Source of the DNA: Tortispora ganteri
Taxonomy: Eukaryota
DNA length: 64,000 nucleotides
Assembly (NCBI GenBank): GCA_003707115.1
Contig: PPNB01000033.1
Coordinates: 1-64,000 of the forward strand
Direction: 5' to 3'
The notes beneath the pieces were generated by a model. The model ran no database searches, was not told where the DNA came from, and saw only the letters and a list, made by a program, of their open reading frames with translations. Below are positions 1-10,500 of this stretch, piece by piece (position 1 is the first letter of the stretch; each line of letters begins with the position of its first letter). The position numbers and the translations under genes were made by a program.

Positions 1-483
1 AAGGCGCTCGACAACAAACAAGGCGACCCACTTTTGCGTTACTCTGTGCTATTGCGCCAGCTAGGCATGGCGTTGTATTTTACGCACGACGGGCTGAATA
101 TTCTCTACCAACTAAAAGTATTAACACCAACGAAGGCGATGTCAGGCCCAATCGTGCAGCGCCGTGGATTCATTTTCTGGACGGTGGCGCTGTCTGCGGG
201 CATTGCGGGGGGCGTATACAAGCTGGTCGGTTTGGGGGCGCAAATTAGGGCGCTGCGCAAGGTGACGGCATCGAAGTATAGTGAGGCAGAGGATAAGATA
301 GCACTGGAGAAGGCAAATGCGCAAGTGAAAGCGGTTGTCCTGCAGTTGATTCAGGATGCATGCGATCTCACTATCCCGACGACCGGGCTTTATGGCACCT
401 TCACCGACGGTACGGTTGGTGCTGCGGGCATTATTTCATCATTACTTGGATTCCGAACGGAATGGATGGCTTCTGCTAATTAA
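1..483 (+). CDS. PEX11: Peroxisomal biogenesis factor Pex11, C-terminal part (5' end outside window)
   Basis: Frame open from base 1 (KALDNKQGDPLLRYSVLLRQLG...). C-terminal LQLIQDACDLTIP...DGTVGAAGIISSLLG..W is Pex11-like. Confidence 0.85.
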   Translation, partial: KALDNKQGDPLLRYSVLLRQLGMALYFTHDGLNILYQLKVLTPTKAMSGPIVQRRGFIFWTVALSAGIAGGVYKLVGLGAQIRALRKVTASKYSEAEDKIALEKANAQVKAVVLQLIQDACDLTIPTTGLYGTFTDGTVGAAGIISSLLGFRTEWMASAN

Positions 484-1175
484 TAATAGCACCATCAAGA
501 TTATATATAGTCAGTGGACAACCTTTAGACTGTAGTCTCCTCACGTAACCTGCTATGGGCCATTCGTTGACATCACCAACGACAGAGACGGCAGTAGTTT
601 GTGCAACAAATGCGTCTATGTGATCGACGTCTGCGAGACGCAAAGGTTCGCCATCCCATACGACATCTGGTCGCATGATTGTGCCGCAAAGTGTGCAAAG
701 CGGCACTTTAACGGTATCTGACCAAGCGGCCGCCGACAATGTTTCAACGTTTGTACAATCAAAACCTGTACATTTCTGTCTGAATAGATCTCCGCGGACT
801 TTTATGAGGCTCGTTCCACCAGGATGACCAGCAGCTTCAAGGCGGACATCCGGATCGAGCGAGACGGTGAGCATTGCAGGACCAAGAGCACGGGCCCACC
901 GGACGATTTGTGAAACGGCTATGACAGGTTCCTCATTGAGGCTATCGTGAGCAACTTGCCTTTTCTCGCGGTAAATACTCCAGATTGCTGCTGGGTCTTC
1001 ATAAAACATTTCTGGAAGGATTCGTCGCGGAATTGTTTGTGGGCCTAGGCTGACTATTATTTTGACCTGTTAGAATGACAATTATTAAAGGAATAATAAA
1101 TTTAATTAAATCACAATATTGTTTAAATTACTTACCTAGCACTAATAATTTTCCATTAAATTCATTTAGATTCAT
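476..1175 (-). CDS. Degenerate class III (SIRT5/CobB-like) sirtuin. Exon 1 1175-1136 (alternative ATG 1184), intron 1135-1054, exon 2 1053-476, ~205 aa
   Basis: PEMFYEDPAAIWSIY, CTGFDC...PLCTLCGTIMRPDVVWDGEPL and VVG are sirtuin hallmarks. Donor AG|GTAAGT at 1135, branch CTAAC 1073-1069 and TAG acceptor at 1054 give in-frame MNLNEFNGKLLVLV-SLGPQ. Confidence 0.75.
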
Positions 1176-2568
1176 CGATTGCATAATCTTCGTCGTCTAA
1201 TGCAGCAGCAAATCGAGAATCTTGAAGTATTGGTTTGGGAGCTTTAGGTGTAATAGGTTGTGCAGCTCTGATTCTCGAAGCTCGTTGTGCTTCCATTTTC
1301 TTCCGAATTGTATCTTTACGAACAGTTTCAGCAGAATTAGGATCAAGTAATAGTTTGGCTTGATCATATAATCGTTGATCAATAAAGAATCCATGCATGT
1401 AAGCCCGTACAGTCTTTGTACCTTTAAGATGATCCAGACCTAGAGCTGAAAGTTCACGACGCGTAACAAATCTGTAATTCTGATAAACACTCTGTTCTCC
1501 AGATTCTTCCATTTCTTCTGTAATAGAATCAAGAAATGAACACCATTTAGGAGCAGGACCAAGCGCAGGAATGTAGAATGCATGCATCGGTTTACCTTCA
1601 TTAGCTGTCATTACCATTCCACTATCTTTATACCATACAGCATCGTTCATACCCTCCACAGAGACAGACCATACTTGAGAGTTTTGTGTTGGTTCCCATA
1701 GTTTTAGTCCTGCACGATCACCAGACATCACCCTGTTCTGTCCCACAAACTCTAGCGTGTTAATAGCAAACCCAAATCCTTGATCGCGTCGAGTTAATGG
1801 CGTCGACTTACGCAGATCCCATATTATTGTGTATCCATCACTTGTACCCGCTGCAAAAGTCAATCCATCTTTGTAAGCCAATTTGCTCACACCACCTTTG
1901 CTACCTTCGTCTACTGACAATGCCACCACCGGCCGTGGTCGCGTCCGTGAATCAAAAAATTCTACCACGCCCTCTTCTGTCCCACATGCCACTAAACCAT
2001 GGTATTCGTTCACAACAACATCGTTCACTCCACCTGTTTCGTTCAACTCCGCAGAAGACAGAAATTTGCCTTGGTCGAGGTTCAACCTGAACACTTCTGA
2101 GCCTGCAGCCGCCACGTACAAATCGCAGTTTCTTCGGTCGTAAGCCAGACTCCTACCAAACCGCGGAATTCGCGTCCGAGTATATATACCACCTTGTGCT
2201 TGAAACTCGATCCATCGGTCGTTTTGAAGATGTACTGATTTAGTCCAGTCGTCTGAAATTATCTCGAAATCGACGTTCTCAGCGTCAGTGTGTCGTGTGA
2301 ACTTCATAGATAAGTTCGCCAAATCGTATACATGCAGCTGAGGCTTGTATGTACCTGTAGCCATAATGAACTCCCCATCCTGCGAAATTTTCAGCCGGTT
2401 TGATGCTTCTTCGAACTCAAAGTCTTGGATCAACTCAATCCGATTCGCATACTCTAAGTCTTCTTTTAGCTCCCTTTTTTTCTTCCGTGCAATCCATTCA
2501 GGCAGTGATCGGCTTGTATTAGTACCGGCTACTTGATAGATCGTCGTTCCTAGGTTGGTCTTCAACAT
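1162..2568 (-). CDS. ENP2: Ribosome biogenesis WD40 protein Enp2/NOL10
   Basis: RIELIQDFEFEEAS, MATGTYKPQ, HLQNDRWIEF, IPALGPAPKWCSFLD, RAYMHGFF; ends at a NUC153-like DSRF motif. Confidence 0.96.
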   Translation of the reverse strand: MLKTNLGTTIYQVAGTNTSRSLPEWIARKKKRELKEDLEYANRIELIQDFEFEEASNRLKISQDGEFIMATGTYKPQLHVYDLANLSMKFTRHTDAENVDFEIISDDWTKSVHLQNDRWIEFQAQGGIYTRTRIPRFGRSLAYDRRNCDLYVAAAGSEVFRLNLDQGKFLSSAELNETGGVNDVVVNEYHGLVACGTEEGVVEFFDSRTRPRPVVALSVDEGSKGGVSKLAYKDGLTFAAGTSDGYTIIWDLRKSTPLTRRDQGFGFAINTLEFVGQNRVMSGDRAGLKLWEPTQNSQVWSVSVEGMNDAVWYKDSGMVMTANEGKPMHAFYIPALGPAPKWCSFLDSITEEMEESGEQSVYQNYRFVTRRELSALGLDHLKGTKTVRAYMHGFFIDQRLYDQAKLLLDPNSAETVRKDTIRKKMEAQRASRIRAAQPITPKAPKPILQDSRFAAALDDEDYAIDESK

Positions 2569-2631
2569 TCTATAGGTATCTAAAATGCAATGAAGAGGAA
2601 AGAAAAAAAATCCTGAAAGTGGAACGGCGAA

Positions 2632-2638
2632 TTACCCG
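2632..2638 (+). promoter_or_regulatory. Reb1-like site upstream of ENP2
   Basis: TTACCCG about 65 bp upstream of the ENP2 ATG; the same motif recurs upstream of SAH1 and RKI1. Confidence 0.45.
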
Positions 2639-2794
2639 TTTAGGTATTTCCCAGTAACAATTGTGCATTGTGATTGGTCATTTACATTTAAAGTTAAATA
2701 TTTACGCCAAAATGTGCATGTTTCTATCTAGTTTTATATCTTGTGCTGTAGCGTTATACGATATAGCCGTCCTTTATACTGGAAACAAGCAGGT

Positions 2795-4447
2795 CTAGGA
2801 TTTCTGGATCTCTTCGATGACACTCATGGCAGCAAATACCTTTTCATCCTGGTAACGGAAACCAACAAGTTGCAGTGCCACAGGAGACTTTGCGTACTCT
2901 TCAGGTCCACCGTAAAGGTTGTATACGAATTCGTCCATAGTACTGACGGGTTTGTAATCGGGCACGGGGAGATCGGTATCCTTGACTTCGGACGCAGGGA
3001 AGATAATGCTCGGATAGTCGACCAAGTTCCAGTGCGAAGTGTACGGCCAGTACTTAGTAGTATGAGGCTTAGGCGCCGAGAAAGGACTAACAGGGCAGAT
3101 TAGCACATCGATATTTTTCGAGAGCCAATACTGCGCGTGCTCTGAGCGGAACTCATCTCTTTCGTGGTTCTTAGCCCATAGTTCAGTGACCGACAGCGGT
3201 TTAACGAACTCGTGGTTCATGATATAGTCGGTCATGAAGCAGTGGGGCTCATTCACGGCATCCATAGTACGCTTGTCGTCAGCACCAGCGTCAGGGTAGT
3301 AGAGTTGAGAGATAATGCTCCATGCGTACCAGGGCTTGTAGCATTCATAAGGGACGACCTCGATTTCAACGTCGCCTTTGTACGCCTTAATCTTAGCCTC
3401 GAGCTCCTTTATAGCGCGTACGACTGGCGGATGAGGCATAACATAGCCGTCCCAGACCTCAACACCGACTCTAAGTTTCTTAGGTTTGGGTGCGGGGGTC
3501 CAGGGAAGGTCGATGTTGGAGTGATCGTACAGATAGGGCTTATAATCGATCATGACCTGCATGAATAAGTCAGAGGCAAACAGCGATCTAGTGATCGGGC
3601 CAATTGCCAGGCCAATAGCATCATTACCGGTCATCGGGTTCTTGAAACAGCCTTTTAAAGAAGAACGTCCAACAGTAGCACGAACACCAAAGAGACCATT
3701 ATGCGCGGCAGGGGAGCGGATACTGCCACCGATATCGGTACCGATTCCGAGCGGCGAACCATAGCCACCGACAAGCGCGCCTTCTCCGCCAGAAGAACCG
3801 CCAGAAGAAAGAGCAGTATTGTAGGCGTTGCAAGTGCGACCCAAGATAGCACTTTCGCACTCAATGTGCATGATACTCTGTGGCTGAGTGGTACGTGCGT
3901 GGATAATAGCGCCAGCGCCGACGACAGCCTTTATCACTAAAGCGTCGTCATCAGCAACAAAATCAGCACCTACAGAGTAGCCTGTATTGCAAGTTTTGCC
4001 CTTAATGCCTATATGTTCTTTAGAAGAGATAGGCAGACCGTGCATAGGTCCGACGGGTTTGCCGGTCTCCTTGAGAATCTTGTCAAGTTCAGTAGCGCGC
4101 GCAATGGCTTCATCCCAGAGCAGTTCAGTGATACAATTGGTGGTCAACTGGCAGAGCATTGCTCTACGCATGAATGCCTTAACGCAAGTGACAGCGCTGA
4201 GTTCACCAGAAGCAAGCTGAACGAGCAAATCCTTGACGCAGGTTTCTGTAATTTTGACTTCCTCGGCAGTGAGAACCTGCGCGGCAAGTGACTGAGGGAA
4301 TTGTAAATCTGCACCTTCAGGCAGCACAACTTGCGGTTCAACTTTCTTAAGAGACTCATCGCGCAAAGCTACGATCTTCTTGCGGTTCTTTTCGAAGATT
4401 GACTCATTCGGGTCAGAGTAGATATTAACGGCGCTGAGACTGTTCAT
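2795..4447 (-). CDS. Amidase-signature family enzyme (acetamidase/AMD2-like)
   Basis: GPMHGLPISSKE (catalytic Lys), SSGGSSGGEG, GTDIGGSIRSPA (Ser-cisSer-Lys triad). Confidence 0.95.
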   Translation of the reverse strand: MNSLSAVNIYSDPNESIFEKNRKKIVALRDESLKKVEPQVVLPEGADLQFPQSLAAQVLTAEEVKITETCVKDLLVQLASGELSAVTCVKAFMRRAMLCQLTTNCITELLWDEAIARATELDKILKETGKPVGPMHGLPISSKEHIGIKGKTCNTGYSVGADFVADDDALVIKAVVGAGAIIHARTTQPQSIMHIECESAILGRTCNAYNTALSSGGSSGGEGALVGGYGSPLGIGTDIGGSIRSPAAHNGLFGVRATVGRSSLKGCFKNPMTGNDAIGLAIGPITRSLFASDLFMQVMIDYKPYLYDHSNIDLPWTPAPKPKKLRVGVEVWDGYVMPHPPVVRAIKELEAKIKAYKGDVEIEVVPYECYKPWYAWSIISQLYYPDAGADDKRTMDAVNEPHCFMTDYIMNHEFVKPLSVTELWAKNHERDEFRSEHAQYWLSKNIDVLICPVSPFSAPKPHTTKYWPYTSHWNLVDYPSIIFPASEVKDTDLPVPDYKPVSTMDEFVYNLYGGPEEYAKSPVALQLVGFRYQDEKVFAAMSVIEEIQKS

Positions 4448-5449
4448 GGTTTTAAGTGAAAATGTGCTGAATTGACCTGAGAAATTGACAGAATCCGCGG
4501 TTATTTATATATTATCGCATTCTAATTGTAAATTGCTATAGATAACGTTCAATAAAGGAGGTTCGATCGCGCTGGTTGGCTAGTTGTTCACGCTAATCCG
4601 TCCGCGATAGGCGAGTGTATGAACGTTAATCTATTTAAACTTCTGGCAGTTTTACTGGGCTTTCTTATCACACTGATTACGGAAACTTGCGCCCCTACAG
4701 TTTCTATTTTTATAATATCATATGGGATCGATAATTATAAGAAATTTATGTAATTGATTTTATATGTATATTACTAGATTGTTTTTTTTTTGGTATATGG
4801 ATTGATTTGCTGCCTCTAGCCGTTTATAGAGCATTCATTAGTTTACTATCGCGTACCCCACAAGGAAATTAATTGCTTTTTGACTAATACATTTTAAAGT
4901 CATAAAACTAATCATTATTTTTTTAGATAAATAAAAAACAAATCTAACAGCGCTATTAGAGTTTTTAACCACCATCTCAATTTCAATTAAGCCAATAACT
5001 ATGCGTTTTTTGAAACAAATTTACCGCCATTTTGATAGATTAAGCATCGCGCTTTCATGTCCCAAAACGGTAATCAATGATTGGTAAAAAGAGAAAAAAG
5101 CAAATCTCCCTTGGCGTTCAAAATGTTCGAATTCGGCTCGGTTACCGCTAGCCATTATTCACTGTATTACGTAATTTTATAAACAATACAAAAGCAAAAA
5201 AATAAAATAAAATACTTGTACAAAAATTTAGAACTTTTGTTTAGTAAAGCAAATGATGCCTCTTGCTCTTATTGTAGTAGTTACAATGGTCCCCTGATTT
5301 TCGTCCATTAAACCTATTCTCAACTGTTTTTTTTCCTAATTAAGACAGTGCCGTTTTACAGTAGCTAAAAATTTATTCCATACATTTGTAATATGGATAA
5401 TAAATAAATAACAGAAAATGATCATTAAGCATTTAGGGCTGTAATTATC

Positions 5450-7252
5450 CTAGTCATCATCAATTTTACGTGTTTCGATCGATGGCCTCTTATCAAACTC
5501 CTCCACAGGTGCAGCCGGTTCAGCTGTCTCAGTCGCAGGAGCCTTATCTTCGCTTTGCATATGCGAATCTTCTGATCCTGTAACTCTACCTTCAGACATA
5601 TCCTTATCAAGCTTGCCTCGAGGTCCACTACCACCAGGCCCACTGACCCGTCGACCTTTACCTCCTCCTCGAGGAGGACGCGCTCCTCGAGAAGACGCCG
5701 AAAAAACACTGTGTCCATTAGATCCATTATAAGTTCCATTGCCAAACCTGTTCGCTCTTTGAGAAATAAGCGACGCTTTGCCGGCCTTCTCGGCATCTAG
5801 CCGGTTCAATGCCGTTTCGGCTTCTTCCTGAGTAGCAAAATGAACAAGTGCAAATCGCGAACCAGTAGCCGTAGCAGCCTTAATACTGATCTCAGTGATA
5901 AGAGGAACGTCTGATGAATCAAATAGAGCTTTAATAGCTTTCTCTTCCGAAATATCCGTATTGCTTACTTCTGGAATCTTAGCAATCCAAACTCCAGGCT
6001 TAAATGTACTTTGCACAGAGCTTTGATTACTCTGTCGAGCATCTGCTCGTCTGTTCGCAAAGTGCCTAGTGTCACCTGGACCTGAATCTGTTGAAGAAGC
6101 ACCTGCAGCAGTATGAGACTGCCTGTAATTGAACGAAAATCCTTTACTCTTCATTTCCATTCCAATGCGTCCGTCTACGACTTCTAGAATCAAAGACCCG
6201 ATTTGAATATCAGACAAATTGAAATTCCATTGGTTCTTAAACCCAACAGATATAGCTTCATCACCTTCGGCTGACGGTGTATCGTCTACCCATGGCATCT
6301 TGTCAACAACAGAGAGCGCAGTTCCTAGTAGTGCTTTCTGTATAGGATCTGTCTGTAAAATTTGTATGACCTCGTCTTTAACGGTAGACCATACGTCATT
6401 AAACTGAGCATGCGCAGCTGCAAGCTTACTGCGGAAATGATTCAGCGATGGGTTGACACTGAATTCGTTATAGGAAGTGCCGCAGCGGAAATGAAGACCG
6501 GCAGATACAGTGAAATCAGCCTTCAGCGTTAGAGCAATTTGAGCCAAAATACCGTCACGCGCAGTAGAGGCGTGCGACAAAAAAATTCTTGTTTCAGAAG
6601 GATCAAATACAGAAGAAGCTGTTTGTATGAGGCGTCCTAGCTGAATCATAGTCACCCACATCGTGCCTTGGCCGCCGGCAATAGTAGAGGTGCCTACACC
6701 GTTGTCAAAAAGCTTATGCATTACAACGGCGCCGCCAAGCCCAAACACGCGAAGTTTGACGCCTTGATTAGTTTCGATCAAATATGTAGAGGCTTCATCG
6801 ACGATGTGGAGGTTTTCGATTACTATATCCTTGCGTCTGATCTGTTCCAGCACCTCAATATCCTCGCACGCTCCCCATACTGTGTAAATAGGGACTTTGA
6901 ACTTTTTGTGACCAGATATGTACGCGGGAAAATGCGATAGAGGTGTGCTACCAGCAGCTGCAGCTGCAGCAGAGGTAGATTGAGAGCTCAATACAGATCG
7001 AAGGTCAGAGGAATCGTGTGGTAAAGATTTGAAATCAACTAGCGGACTATACTGCGCGAGGTGGCGTAGCGTGTTGTCAGATATGCGTCCTACCGAGTTT
7101 CTATCAAAAAACCCAAAATCGCCCGAATGAAAAATACAATCGACTTTATGTTCAGCAGCTAAAGCATTCAGCTGATCCAAGTTTCCCCTTGCATCGGCGA
7201 CTAACAGCAGTCGATAGCCATTCTGCTCTACTACGCGTCCATTCAGCGTCAT
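5450..7252 (-). CDS. Fungal calcineurin-like metallophosphoesterase-fold protein (DUF2433-like) with C-terminal RRM and RGG tail
   Basis: LLVADARG, HSGDFGFFD, YTVWGACED, FLSHAS, SAGLH; RNP1-like RFALVHF..QEEAETAL; RGGGKGRR tail. First ATG at 7252. Confidence 0.7.
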   Translation of the reverse strand: MTLNGRVVEQNGYRLLLVADARGNLDQLNALAAEHKVDCIFHSGDFGFFDRNSVGRISDNTLRHLAQYSPLVDFKSLPHDSSDLRSVLSSQSTSAAAAAAGSTPLSHFPAYISGHKKFKVPIYTVWGACEDIEVLEQIRRKDIVIENLHIVDEASTYLIETNQGVKLRVFGLGGAVVMHKLFDNGVGTSTIAGGQGTMWVTMIQLGRLIQTASSVFDPSETRIFLSHASTARDGILAQIALTLKADFTVSAGLHFRCGTSYNEFSVNPSLNHFRSKLAAAHAQFNDVWSTVKDEVIQILQTDPIQKALLGTALSVVDKMPWVDDTPSAEGDEAISVGFKNQWNFNLSDIQIGSLILEVVDGRIGMEMKSKGFSFNYRQSHTAAGASSTDSGPGDTRHFANRRADARQSNQSSVQSTFKPGVWIAKIPEVSNTDISEEKAIKALFDSSDVPLITEISIKAATATGSRFALVHFATQEEAETALNRLDAEKAGKASLISQRANRFGNGTYNGSNGHSVFSASSRGARPPRGGGKGRRVSGPGGSGPRGKLDKDMSEGRVTGSEDSHMQSEDKAPATETAEPAAPVEEFDKRPSIETRKIDDD

Positions 7253-7592
7253 TGTGCAAAACAAACTTGTTTAATTTTTGACCACAAATAATCAAATAAA
7301 TTAAATATGTGCCTCTGTCTTTAAAAATTTAATTGATCACTCAATAGTAGGAATGTCGATCGGATGCAGAGAACGTATACTTACACAGTGCAAAAGAGAG
7401 AGGAGGAAGATGTATGTATGTGCAAATCAAGTTGGCACAGCAACAACAAAGCAAAACGACTTATGATTGGTCAGAACCTAATTGTCTGTACCACCAGGTT
7501 TTGAGAATGGAAACCTACACCATCACTGAAGTGCGAGCTTGACGCATACAGCGATCGATCGTTGCACTAAATACTTATTGCTCTGCTAGCCA

Positions 7593-10500
7593 ATGGACAC
7601 GAATTCATGGGGAAGCACGCCTACAAATGTACTACGGCTAGCACATCCTCTACCGAACGTGTCTTTCCGCGTCTACGTAGACTCTTCATGGGCTTCAGAT
7701 GATCATATGCGGCTCGAGAGAGCCGTCAACCAAATTCGACTCCTTCATCCAAATTCCCTCGTCGCTTCTCACCAATCAGAACTCTTTGTTTTTGCATCGC
7801 TAGATGCAAGCGGTAAAATGCCAGATTTAAACGATTTACTTGTTAACAGACTTCACCTCATAGAGACTACAATGGGCACCTTTATGCCTGCAAGCTTATC
7901 GGTTTCTTCTAATCGGACCCCACCTGTATATATCGCATTTACTGAAGCACTGAGAGGATTAATATTTAACCACCTGATTGCATCAGCGCGTGCTGTACCT
8001 ATCCACTCTTCTGAACGTCCAAGATTGCTCGTAAAACATCCAGACTCACCTTCAATGGCTCTCCTTTCTGTCAGCATTACGGTATCTCCAAAGTCAGATA
8101 TTATCATAATCCCGCAATGCACCTCATCTATGCTCTATCCTGCTGCAGATCTATTGCCTGGCTCTGTTGTCATGCTTGCCCCTACCTACTCAGTGACTAC
8201 ATTCATATCGGCCACTGCTGCCCCTATCTATGCTTCTACGATCGTCTCTGAGTTACAGGCATCCTACGGTCTCTACCAGACATATACACCAGATAAGTGG
8301 CTACTTCTCAGTATATCAAGTGGCAATTCCTTAAAGAACATCTCCTGGCCGGCCGATCTCTGCTTTAGTGTGCGTACAACGGCTGCCGTCCCTTCTCAGT
8401 ATTCCTATCAGCGTTATATAGAATGGTTCAATCTGCCACGACCATCCTCTTTTTTCTTCTCTTCTAAAATCCGCAGCTCCGGCCCTTCACCCGTTAGAAC
8501 CTCTTCGGGACCTTCGTCTGATGCGCACACTGTTCCACTAGAACCAGAGATATCAGTCCATCTGCCTACTGTGATCAAACCCGTCGATACTAAAAATACT
8601 CTTGATTCCAGTCTTAATCGTCCTACCATTGCAGCAAATTCTGATCCCTTGGAAGGTTCTGCCGTAGAATCCACTGCTCAGCCTGCCAACATGGTTGCGG
8701 ATACCGAACAGTCATGGAACCAAGTAACCGCATTGGATTCAAATGAAATGCTGTGGAAAGACTTTGCGGACGATGACGAATTGTTTCAAGGGCCAATAAA
8801 CGATGACGATTTTGATTTCTTCGATGCACCATACCAACCTGTCAAATCAGCGGAACCACAGAATGAAGAAATCCCGCAAATTGTAAAAGACGACGAAAAG
8901 ATACTCATATCGACAGGAGAGTCTGCTACTAAAATCGAATCGGCAAAAGAATTCGATGAAATAGATGAAAACGAACAGACAGACCCGACACCAGATGTTG
9001 ACATGCTGGACATGTCCTCATACAAACAGGCAATCCTTGAACCGGCTCAAATACAGTGTCAAGTGTCTTGCAAGGAAGAAAACACGGAAAAGGACGCGTT
9101 CAGCCCTGTCAAGTTTTCTAAAAACTTACCAACACTGCTGGACTCCAAGTACTCGGTAGGAGGGAAGTTTTTTGTTAATGACCAGGACCCTTCAAAGGAT
9201 ATATCTGCTATGTTTATCGATGATTATGATGAGTACGGTAGCAGCGATGTTAGCAGCGTGGTCATTGAGGACTCCAACGAATCTAACCTTCGTCATTCGG
9301 CGCACTCTGAAACGATTCTTAAGTCCCGGATGAATTTAGAACGGCAAATTGGCGCCATTCAACATTCTGTGGAGGCAGAACAAAATAAAAATAACGATTA
9401 TGATGAGGATGAAAACAAAAAAGATAACGAAAACGACGAGATAACGAATTCGGTATTGAATGATTTACTGTACCAGCCGGATTTAAAAAATAGAGGATTC
9501 AGCCGTCTTATTGAGATTATGGATTATCCTCATATGAGCACTAGCGATATCGAGAAACTTACTTTGATGGTCAGCCGTCAGCTCGCTTTTGCTCAAAAAA
9601 GGTATATTAGTCAAAGAGGTAATACCTTTGCTGACTGGGTTATAGATGAAGGGGAGTCACTGGACATACCTGAAGATTTTCTAGATATAGTGAGGAAATT
9701 AGTAGGCTCATACAACAAAATTGGACTTCTCGAGTATTTGGAGTTGCACGAATCCTCATACGGAGCTATTACCAGACTGCAACGCGTTCCTACGACTTCA
9801 TCGGAGGATATGCTGCTGGATGATTCAGATCAGACGTCAATTTCATTAAACTCACTGGTATTTGATATGCCGCATATTATGATGAAACGGTTTGGCCGAC
9901 CACTTAAAATCCTGCCTAGTGTTCTACCCTTTTGGCATTTTTTTGGCTGCCAACCGTACTCTGGACCTCTAGACGCTACAGTGTACTTCGCTGTACCTGG
10001 AAGCGACGGAGTCCAACACGCCGCTATGTTGTTCCTCAACTCCTTGAAGCAGTGCTACAAGAAGTGCGAACTCGGTACGCTGACTTTGGGTAGTAGCTTG
10101 ACGCAATCGAAGAACGACTCGGAAGAGCCGAGTGGTTTGGTACCAATCCAACTGAATATGGATAAACTAGCAGATAAGTCTCTATTGCAATCTTCCGAGA
10201 TATTAGTGCAATACAGTCACGCAATATCTCAATTGAAAAAAGCATTGACCAAACATACTGCTTTTGAAGACAGAATTTTATTACTAATTGCCAACCCTTT
10301 TGACGAAGACGTTTCTTTGTTTGAAATTTGCAGAAGCTTTTGCTCCATTAAAGAAGAGCTAGGTTCACGTCGCATTCACCTCCAAATTATACCTGTCGAC
10401 AGATTCTGTTCGCTTGATGGCTATACTGTTCCTACGCCAAAAGAATATACCAACATCGCTTTGAGATTATACGAAGGGCTAGGTGCGTCAGACAACTTAA

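Noticed and set aside
1128..1140. TACTTACCT resembling the U1 snRNA 5' end
   Set aside because: No U1 stems follow; it is the reverse complement of the sirtuin splice donor.
5251..5300. ATGATGC...CTGA with AAAT/ATTT ends, a possible C/D snoRNA
   Set aside because: Only ~45 nt between boxes, imperfect C box, and no rRNA guide that I recognise.
7410..7592. Possible MED13 upstream micro-exon (ATG TAT|GTATGT...TAG|CCA ATG, in frame)
   Set aside because: Branch site CACTAAA is non-canonical, the donor lies in an (ATGT)n run, and little promoter room would remain; needs RNA-seq.
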